DNA of 64,000 bases, from assembly GCA_020444065.1 (NCBI GenBank), contig JAHLLQ010000010.1, positions 11,677 to 75,676 on the forward strand, read 5' to 3'. Numbering within the stretch: the stretch's first letter is position 1; every line of letters begins with the position of its first letter. The position numbers were made by a program, and so were the translations under genes. This DNA is from a bacterium. Its GTDB lineage: Bacteria; Sumerlaeota; Sumerlaeia; SLMS01; JAHLLQ01. The notes under the pieces were generated by a model. That model made no database searches. It was not told the DNA's origin and worked only from the letters and a program-made list of their open reading frames with translations. Shown here in pieces: positions 46,461-54,373 of this stretch.

Positions 46461-49400
46461 ATGACGCTATTTCGACTTGTTTCATCCGCTTTCCTGGCGT
46501 TGGCGCTCGCAGCCTCGGCCCAGGCAGAATCCATCAATGTGAATTTCACAGGAAACGGAGGAGCGACGGTTTCGGGAACAGCGGGGGTAATCCCGGCGGC
46601 GAATTGGAACAACGTGGGCGGCACGACCGGGACGCAGTCGGGGTTGCTGGATAGCGCTGGCGCGACGACCGGCGCCGCTGTGGATTGGCAGGCTCAAGCA
46701 TCGTGGTTCAGTGGCCACGGCGATCCATCGGAGAATGGGAAGCTGCTCGACGGGTATTTGGCAGTGCAGACGGATGCCTACGATTACGATGTGACCGTGA
46801 CGGGTATTCCTTATTCTTCTTATGATGTGTACGCGTACTTCGGGAATAACTCGGCGGGTGCGGACGGTGTTGTTCGCATCAATGGGAGCGGGACGCAGTT
46901 CTTCTATCAGACGGTGGGCGCTTCGTTTCCCGGGTTTGTGGAAGTGACGGAACGCACGAGCGATTCGCCGCAGACGGGGAACTTTGTGCTGTTCGAAAAT
47001 GTTGTGGGAGCGACGCTGACGATTCAGCAGGCGAACTACAACCTCGGACAGGACAGTGGCTTGATGGGTTTCCAGGTTGTCGATTCGGGCGCACCGGATC
47101 CGACGCTGACAGTGGACGCGTCCAGCTTTCTCACCAACGAAACATTGAATGTGCATTTCGCGTACGGGCCGGGCGGTGCGGACAATAACGTGGTGGCGGT
47201 TCCGCACGGCAGTGCGGCTTCGGCGACGCCGAACTTCCGTTACTACGTTGGGGGCGGGACATCGCCTTCAACGGGCGAGGTGTCGGGGACGTTGCCGTTG
47301 GCGAATGCCGGCGGATTGGGGCTTGGGTGGTATGATCTGTATTTTCTGAGCGATGCTGCGGGGTCTTCGATTCTGGCGGGGCCGGTGACGATCTTCGTGT
47401 CACCGCCAGACCCCGTCGTTGTGTCTGTGGGTCCGGCGGGTTCGTATGCGAGCACGGTGCCGAGCCATGAAGGAAGCGGGCCGATGGAGATGCTGTACGA
47501 GCGCGAGATCTACGTGACGCCCGATCGGCTGGGGGATCCGATTCCGACGAACGATTGGTGGACCGATCTGATTGGTTCCCAGTACGCCGGCCAGATGTGG
47601 GCGTATCCCCTCGTCGTGTCTGCCGACGCGGGCGGGGTGAATGTCTATTCGCCGCGCACATGGGACGGCGGCGGCGCGTGGATGAACGTCGACAGCCCGA
47701 TCCAGATCCATGGCGAGGTGGTCCCGGATCCGGATCCCTCGTTTGTACTCATCGCAGACTTCGAGGATGCAACGTATCCCATAGATTGGACGACGACCGG
47801 AACGGCTTTTGGAAGCGGCCCGGCAACAGGAGCGTTGGCGGGGCAATCGGCGGTCAGCGGTTGGACAGGGAACGGTTTCGTGAACAGCTTCAACGGCGGC
47901 GATGTGTCTATGGGCGCGTTGATTTCGCCGGATTTCACGATTCAGAGCGATTACATTCACTTCCAGATCGGCGGCGGGAATCATCCGGACTTGGCGGCCG
48001 TGCAATTGGTCGTTGGCGGTTCGGTAGTGCGTTCGAGTACCGGTGCGGATTCAGAGAACCTGACGTGGGATTATTGGGACGTGTCTGCGCTGGCGGGTCA
48101 GACGGCTCATATCGAGATCATCGATTTTGTCAGTGGCGGTTGGGGGCACATCCTGGCCGATACGATTTTCCAGAGCGACGATCTGAATGCGCCGACATCG
48201 ACGGGGACGACTTTCACGGCGGCGGATGCGCGAGCGGCGGATTGGGGCGACTGGACGGTGACGGCGCGTGTAGCGCAGACGGAGACGAAGTACATCGATG
48301 TGACGTTCGGTCACGGGCTGCCATACACATGGCTGGAGTTTGAAGACGTCGATCCGATTCTCGTGGTGGACAACGCGACGACGTTCTTCGACCTCGGTGG
48401 CTCGACGGTTTCGATGCCCACGACGACGGATTACGTCGGGATCGATTTCAATGGTAAGCCGTGGGGCTTGTTCCTGCCGGACAATACGATGATCGATTAT
48501 AGCGGGACGGAGATAACGCTGACATTCGCCGGTGCAGAAACGTGGGCGGTGCTGGCGGCGTTGCCCGTGGCAGCGGACCTCGCGGCCTTCTATGCAACGG
48601 CATTTGCGAAGCCGGTCGATAGCGTCTACTCGTGGACGTACGATCCGACGCAGGGAACGGTGACGACGAATTGGGAGTTAATGACGTCGCCGCTGAAGGG
48701 TTCTGGGACGGACCTGATCCAGGGCTGGATTCCGCATCACTATCGCGTGACGACGCGGGACTTCGCCTTCAACGGGCTGGAGTACGATACGCCGCGCGGA
48801 CGAATGCAGTGCGCGACGGGTCGGCAGTTCGAGATCGTTTACCCGTTCAATGGCATTCTGCCACACATTCCGCAGCCACAAATCAGTGGCCTGGCGAACG
48901 ACTACCTTGCGTCGCGAATGAACAACTATATCAGCGACTATGCGGGCGTGACAAACTACGGTGCGGAGACGTATTTTGGGGGGAAGGACATGCTGCGGTT
49001 TGCGCGTTATCTGTCGATGGCGCACTCGACAGGGCACGCGGCCGAGTCGACGTTGGAGGCCACTCTGCGAGGTGCGCTGGAGGATTGGCTGACTTACACT
49101 CCTGGCGAAACCGAGCACTACTACGCGTATTACCCGAATTGGAAAGCGCTGGTCGGGTTCAACGAGAGCTTCGGTTCTTCGGCCTTCACGGATCATCATT
49201 TCCACTATGGATACCTGACGCATTCGGCGGCGATTCTCGGGCTGTTGGATCCATCGTTCCTGACGGACTACGGCGAGATGGCGTCCCTTGTGGCGAAGGA
49301 GTATGCGAATTGGGATCGAGCGGATACGCGTTTCCCGTTCCTGCGTACGTACGATATCTGGGCGGGGCATTCATACGCGGGCGGATTGTCCGGGCCGACG

Positions 49401-50204
49401 GGGAACAATCAGGAGTCGAGTTCCGAAGCGATCAACTCGTGGGTGGGTGTTTTCCTGCTTGGCGAAGCGATGGGCGATGCGGATATGGCGGCTGCCGGGG
49501 CGATGGGATTCGCGATCGAGAGCCGCGCTGTGCAGGAGTATTGGCTCGACATGTACGGGACGAACTGGCCGGCGGCTTACGACAAGTCGGTGGTGGGGAT
49601 TCTCTTCGATGGCGGAAACGCGTTCGCGACGTACTTCAGCGGCGATCCTGCTTGGATTCACGGCATCCAGTGGATTCCGAGCTCGCCGACGTTCCTGGCG
49701 TACCTGGTGGAAGATCCGACATACGCAGCGCAGCACTACACGGACATGATGGCGGAGCGTGTGGACTTTGGTGAGTCGGCGACGATTGCCGGCATGGGTT
49801 CGAGCTTGGGGAACCTGGTGCTTGGTTACCTGCTGATGTTCGATGCGGACCAAGCCGCGGCGGAGTTGGATAGCTTGTATGCCGCGAACGATCCGGTGGC
49901 GACGGATGTGTTCACCGGTGGGCGTTCGTACTACTACACGCACTCTATGCGCACATTGGGTGCGTATCAGTTCGACTATCACATGAGTCTGCCGATGGGC
50001 GCGGTGTTCCACAACGATACGACGGCCACAACGACGTACTTGGCGTGGAATCCGACTGGGACAACCCAACAGGTTGAGGTCTTCCAAAGTGGGTCCAGTG
50101 TGGGGTGCTTCACCGCCGGTCCGGGGGAACTGACCGCGGTGACATCGCTCGATCCGACCTGCACAGGCGCCCAGGTGGGAGAGTGGCGGGTGCTGAACGA
50201 CTAG
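46461..50204 (+). CDS. Secreted GH81 endo-beta-1,3-glucanase with extra beta-sandwich domains
   Basis: Signal peptide, IPTNDWWT, DHHFHYGY, FPFLR..D.WAGHSYAGG, NQESSSEA and HGIQWIP. Confidence 0.9.
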   Translation: MTLFRLVSSAFLALALAASAQAESINVNFTGNGGATVSGTAGVIPAANWNNVGGTTGTQSGLLDSAGATTGAAVDWQAQASWFSGHGDPSENGKLLDGYLAVQTDAYDYDVTVTGIPYSSYDVYAYFGNNSAGADGVVRINGSGTQFFYQTVGASFPGFVEVTERTSDSPQTGNFVLFENVVGATLTIQQANYNLGQDSGLMGFQVVDSGAPDPTLTVDASSFLTNETLNVHFAYGPGGADNNVVAVPHGSAASATPNFRYYVGGGTSPSTGEVSGTLPLANAGGLGLGWYDLYFLSDAAGSSILAGPVTIFVSPPDPVVVSVGPAGSYASTVPSHEGSGPMEMLYEREIYVTPDRLGDPIPTNDWWTDLIGSQYAGQMWAYPLVVSADAGGVNVYSPRTWDGGGAWMNVDSPIQIHGEVVPDPDPSFVLIADFEDATYPIDWTTTGTAFGSGPATGALAGQSAVSGWTGNGFVNSFNGGDVSMGALISPDFTIQSDYIHFQIGGGNHPDLAAVQLVVGGSVVRSSTGADSENLTWDYWDVSALAGQTAHIEIIDFVSGGWGHILADTIFQSDDLNAPTSTGTTFTAADARAADWGDWTVTARVAQTETKYIDVTFGHGLPYTWLEFEDVDPILVVDNATTFFDLGGSTVSMPTTTDYVGIDFNGKPWGLFLPDNTMIDYSGTEITLTFAGAETWAVLAALPVAADLAAFYATAFAKPVDSVYSWTYDPTQGTVTTNWELMTSPLKGSGTDLIQGWIPHHYRVTTRDFAFNGLEYDTPRGRMQCATGRQFEIVYPFNGILPHIPQPQISGLANDYLASRMNNYISDYAGVTNYGAETYFGGKDMLRFARYLSMAHSTGHAAESTLEATLRGALEDWLTYTPGETEHYYAYYPNWKALVGFNESFGSSAFTDHHFHYGYLTHSAAILGLLDPSFLTDYGEMASLVAKEYANWDRADTRFPFLRTYDIWAGHSYAGGLSGPTGNNQESSSEAINSWVGVFLLGEAMGDADMAAAGAMGFAIESRAVQEYWLDMYGTNWPAAYDKSVVGILFDGGNAFATYFSGDPAWIHGIQWIPSSPTFLAYLVEDPTYAAQHYTDMMAERVDFGESATIAGMGSSLGNLVLGYLLMFDADQAAAELDSLYAANDPVATDVFTGGRSYYYTHSMRTLGAYQFDYHMSLPMGAVFHNDTTATTTYLAWNPTGTTQQVEVFQSGSSVGCFTAGPGELTAVTSLDPTCTGAQVGEWRVLND

Positions 50205-50392
50205 GCACCCGCCACGCTTATCTTTCTTTTACAGTCTTACACGACAGCGCACCTTTGGGTGCAATGATGACAGATTTTCGCGTGCCGATGCCATAGGTTC
50301 GGGCGAAAACGCTTTGCGCCGTGGGTCCGGGGCGGCAGGGTACCGGGTATCGGCATCCTGTGCCGGCAGTCCTTGCAATGAGGCAGGTACCT

Positions 50393-53300
50393 ATGAAGTT
50401 CCGCGCAATCACCACACTGATTCTGGGAGTTCTGGCGATGGCAGCTGGTACGGGTTGGGCACAAGACGTTCCGAAACCGAACTGGATCGAGCCGGGGAAG
50501 ATCGTGATCGGGAATGCACGATTCACGGCGATCACTCCGGAGTGCGTTCGGATGGAGTACGCGCCGGATGGTGGGTTCATCGATGCGCCTTCGCTGTTCG
50601 CGGTGAATCGCAATGCCATCTACAAGAACATGCAGAAGGAATCCGTGAGTCCGGATGGCGAGGTGGTGCTGGCGCTTGGGAAGATGCGGATCTTCTATCG
50701 CCCGGCAGGGGAGGGGTTCACGGCGGAGAACCTGCGCATCGAGATGAAGCGCGGCGACGATGTTGTTGTGTGGAAGCCGGGCGATAAGCAGCGGCTGAAC
50801 CTGGGTGGGACGATTCATACGCTCGACCAGGTGAAGGGGCCGGTTGATCTGGGCGAAGGCCTGTTGTCGCGCGATGGATGGTACCTGATCGACGATTCGA
50901 GGACGCAGCTCTTCACGAAGACGTGGGTGGAGTCGCGCCCGAAAGACGCGGGCACGGACTGGTATTTCTTCGGATACGGCGAAGACTACAAGGGGGCGTT
51001 CGAGGCCTTTACGGCGATCGGGGGCCGTGTGCCGATGCCGCGCAAGTATGTGCTGGGGAGCTGGTATTCGCGCTGGTGGGAATACAGCAGCGACGATTAC
51101 AAGCAGATCGTCCGTGAGTACGATAAGCATGATTTCCCGCTCGATATCATGGTGATGGATATGGAGTGGCACAAGGACGGGTGGACGGGCTGGTCGTGGA
51201 ACCGTGAGCTGATTCCGGATCCGGCAGGTCTGCTGAATTGGTTCCACGACGAGGGGCTGGCGGTGACGTTGAATGTTCATCCGCACGATGGCGTGAAGCC
51301 GCATGAGGATATGTACGAGGACTTCATGCGCGACATGGGGGCGGACCCGGAGACCGATGAGCCGATCCCGTTCGATGCCTCGAATGAGAAGTACATGCGG
51401 ACGCTGTTCAAACACACGCACGATCCGCACGAGAAGATCGGCGTAGATTTCTGGTGGTTGGATTGGCAGCAGGACGAGTACACGCGCGGAATGCCGGATC
51501 TGCTGAATTTGACGTGGCTGAATCTGATTTACTTCCAGCAGTCGAAGAAGGACGGCGAGCGCGGTTTGCAGTTCAGCCGTTGGGGCACGTGGGGCGATCA
51601 TCGGCATCCAATTCACTTCAGCGGCGATGCGGACACGGGATTCCTGATGCTGGGGTTCGAGGTTCCGTTTACGTCGACGGCGGGGAACGTGGGGTGTTTC
51701 TTCTGGTCGCACGACATCGGCGGGCACTTCGGCGAGCGTAACGAGGAGCCGTACACGCGCTGGGTGCAGTTTGCGGCGACGTCCGCGGCGATGCGGTTGC
51801 ATTCGGGAATTATTGAGTACTTGGATCGGCGTCCTTGGAAGTGGGAACCGCAATCGACGGAATCGATGCGGCGCGCGTTCCATCTGCGTTCGGAGCTGAT
51901 GCCGTACATCTATAGCAGCGTCTGGGAGTGCTATAAGGAGTCGTTGCCGCTGACGCGGCCCATGTACATCGAGTATCCGGACCTGGAGATCGCATACCGC
52001 AGCCCTCAGGAGTTCCTGCTGGGCGATGCGTTGCTGGCGGCGCCGATTGCATCGTACGGTTCGGGGCCGGGCAAGGTCGCAAGCCAGTTGGTGTGGTTCC
52101 CGAAAGGCACGTGGTACAACGTTTTCACGAACGAGAAATTCGACGGGAATTCGCAGCGCCTGGTGTGCGCGGATATCGACGAGTTTCCGCTGTATGCGCG
52201 CGGGGGCGTGCCGATTCCGATGCAGCCGTACACCCCGCGGATGGCGACGACTCCGTTAGACGAGTTGGTCGTGCGCGCGTGGCCGGGTGAGAAGGGCACG
52301 TTTATTCTGTACGAGGACGACGGCGTATCGCAGGGCTACGAGAAGGGCGAGTATGCGCTGACGGAGCTTTCGTACGCACGGACCGGCAAGTCGACAACCG
52401 TGACGATCGCGCCGGCGGCAGGGAGTTTCAAGGATCAGCCGGAGAAGCGTTCGTATCGCATCGAGTTGCCCGGTCTGCAGAAGCCGACCAAAGTGATGGT
52501 GGGCGATACGGCGGTGAAGGCGGATTACAATGCGACTTCCGGTACCGTGGTGGTTTCTGTGCCGGAGCATCCGATTCGGGAGCGTGTCGTGGTTTCGGTC
52601 GAGGCGGACTTGCTGGATCCGGCCGTTTATGCGAAGCGGGCATTGGATCGGCGCGTGGAAGGTGTGCTGGGCAAGCCCGGCGATTTGAAGACGGCGCTGT
52701 TGGAAACGAAAGACCCGCAGCTTGTGCGCGGGTTGATGGCGCTGGCGGGCGTCGGCATTGTGGAGAATCCGACGGCGTATCCGAAGCCGGAAGTGATCGA
52801 GCGACTCGTGAAGAACGACGACGCCTTGATTGATGCGGAGAAGTTCGTGGTCTCCTACGAGACGCACATCGCCGGCACCGACGATGTCGTGCAGGAGAAG
52901 CGCCGCACGGTTCGGCCGATCGGCGCGGTGACGGAGTTCAATCCGCCGTCGCTGGATGCGATGCAGCCGCCGCTATTCAAGAAGACAGTGGATTCGCGGA
53001 TGCTGAAATGTGAATTCGAGGGCAAGGAAATCGCCGGAGCACTGACGCTCGGCAGCCGCGAGAGTCTGATTCGCGAGTGGCATTACCTGGCGCCGCTGCC
53101 GTACGACGAGGACAAGGCGCTGGAGGATCAGGTTTATCCTCCGGAGGAGAAGCCGTTCCTGACAGATCCGACGGCGACGCACGAGGAGTACTCGATCGAG
53201 TGGAAGCCGATCGTTGCGAACGATCGCGGCATGGTGGAACTGCACGTGGCGATGCCGAAGGTCGAGGACAAGATCGCCTATGCGTACACGACGATCGAGA

Positions 53301-53542
53301 TGGATGAGGCGTCGACGGGTGTGCTCGGGTTCCGCAGCGACGATGGGATCGAGGCGTGGCTGAACGGCGAGCGGATTCACTATCACGACGTCCATCGCGG
53401 CGCGGGTCACGAGTGGGAACTGGTGCCGGTGACGCTGAAGGAAGGCGCGAATGTGCTGCTGCTGAAGATCAGCCAGGGGAATGGGAATTGGGAGTTCAGT
53501 GTGCTGACGAAGGGAAGTGAAGAGAGAGTGGCTAGTGATTAG
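50393..53542 (+). CDS. Secreted GH31 alpha-glucosidase-like enzyme
   Basis: Signal peptide, GSWYSRWW, FPLD..VMDMEWH, DFWWLDWQQ (nucleophile), HFSGD (acid/base), WSHDIGGH and LYEDDG. Confidence 0.9.
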   Translation: MKFRAITTLILGVLAMAAGTGWAQDVPKPNWIEPGKIVIGNARFTAITPECVRMEYAPDGGFIDAPSLFAVNRNAIYKNMQKESVSPDGEVVLALGKMRIFYRPAGEGFTAENLRIEMKRGDDVVVWKPGDKQRLNLGGTIHTLDQVKGPVDLGEGLLSRDGWYLIDDSRTQLFTKTWVESRPKDAGTDWYFFGYGEDYKGAFEAFTAIGGRVPMPRKYVLGSWYSRWWEYSSDDYKQIVREYDKHDFPLDIMVMDMEWHKDGWTGWSWNRELIPDPAGLLNWFHDEGLAVTLNVHPHDGVKPHEDMYEDFMRDMGADPETDEPIPFDASNEKYMRTLFKHTHDPHEKIGVDFWWLDWQQDEYTRGMPDLLNLTWLNLIYFQQSKKDGERGLQFSRWGTWGDHRHPIHFSGDADTGFLMLGFEVPFTSTAGNVGCFFWSHDIGGHFGERNEEPYTRWVQFAATSAAMRLHSGIIEYLDRRPWKWEPQSTESMRRAFHLRSELMPYIYSSVWECYKESLPLTRPMYIEYPDLEIAYRSPQEFLLGDALLAAPIASYGSGPGKVASQLVWFPKGTWYNVFTNEKFDGNSQRLVCADIDEFPLYARGGVPIPMQPYTPRMATTPLDELVVRAWPGEKGTFILYEDDGVSQGYEKGEYALTELSYARTGKSTTVTIAPAAGSFKDQPEKRSYRIELPGLQKPTKVMVGDTAVKADYNATSGTVVVSVPEHPIRERVVVSVEADLLDPAVYAKRALDRRVEGVLGKPGDLKTALLETKDPQLVRGLMALAGVGIVENPTAYPKPEVIERLVKNDDALIDAEKFVVSYETHIAGTDDVVQEKRRTVRPIGAVTEFNPPSLDAMQPPLFKKTVDSRMLKCEFEGKEIAGALTLGSRESLIREWHYLAPLPYDEDKALEDQVYPPEEKPFLTDPTATHEEYSIEWKPIVANDRGMVELHVAMPKVEDKIAYAYTTIEMDEASTGVLGFRSDDGIEAWLNGERIHYHDVHRGAGHEWELVPVTLKEGANVLLLKISQGNGNWEFSVLTKGSEERVASD

Positions 53543-53727
53543 TGGCTAGTGGTGAGTGGCGAGTGATTAGTGGCGATCCGCCTTCGCCAAGGCTTCGGCG
53601 GACTTGCGGTGGCCAGTTGGTGTGTTGGGCGCAGGACGAGGTTTGTGGGAACGCTCTTGGACAAGGATGTCCAAGTCACCTCGAGGGAGAGAAAGAAGTG
53701 GCGAGTGGCGAGTGGCTAGTGGCGAGT
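53526..53727 (+). repeat. Composite repeat: heptamer tracts flanking two REP-like palindromes
   Basis: (g/t)agtggc units at 53526-53575 and 53697-53727, ccgccttcgccaaggcttcggcgg near 53578 and cttggacaaggatgtccaagtcacctc near 53656. Confidence 0.85.
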
Positions 53728-53781
53728 AGGGAGAGGGCCTGTCGTCGCGCTATCTTTTGGTCCCGTTTGTCCTCTTGAGTC

Positions 53782-54168
53782 CTAGACAACGCCGCCGCCG
53801 GGGGAGTCTTCGTCTCGGATGAGGAGGAGGATGGCGGACTGGGAGACGACGAGGAAGTCTTCATCCTGGTAGCGGACTTCGACGGCTTCTTTGCGGAGGA
53901 AGAGGGCGTAGTCGCCGACTTCAGCCTGGACGGGGATGTAGCGAACGGGTGAGTCGCGGCGTTCCTGCCAGGGCTCTGAGGATTCGCTGGAGAAGTTGGG
54001 CATGGCGATGCCGGGACCAGTTTCAACGATGCGGCCGGACTGGACGGGCTCTTTGTCGATGACGCTCTGGGGCAGGTAGAGACCGACCTTGGTGCGTTCG
54101 GTGCCGGTGTCGGGTTTGATGAGCAGGCGGTCGCCAACCATCAGGATGTGTTTGTTTCCGATTTGCAT
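53782..54168 (-). CDS. Stand-alone GroES-family protein
   Basis: VGDRLLIKP...RTKVGLYLP...QSGRIVETGPG...VGDYALF...SAILL. No groEL in the window. Confidence 0.85.
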   Translation of the reverse strand: MQIGNKHILMVGDRLLIKPDTGTERTKVGLYLPQSVIDKEPVQSGRIVETGPGIAMPNFSSESSEPWQERRDSPVRYIPVQAEVGDYALFLRKEAVEVRYQDEDFLVVSQSAILLLIRDEDSPGGGVV

Positions 54169-54265
54169 GATCCCCGCAGATTCCATTCAAGCTGGCAGGA
54201 TGTAGCCCTGAGGGCGCGGGTGCCGTCAAGAGGGACGCGCGTGGATGCCGTGCGGGATAGACGCG

Positions 54266-54335
54266 CAAGCGCTTGAATAGAGATGCTCAATAGAGCGTGA
54301 ATGCGGTTGACAATTGCAATCAAAGCGCTTACGCA
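54266..54335 (+). promoter_or_regulatory. Promoter TTGACA-N17-TACGCA with two AAGCGCTT operators
   Basis: CAAGCGCTTG 54266-54275, TTGACA 54307-54312 and AAAGCGCTTAC 54322-54332. Confidence 0.7.
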
Positions 54336-54373
54336 GACAATCGGACAGTGGTGCGGATGATGGGAGAATTGCG

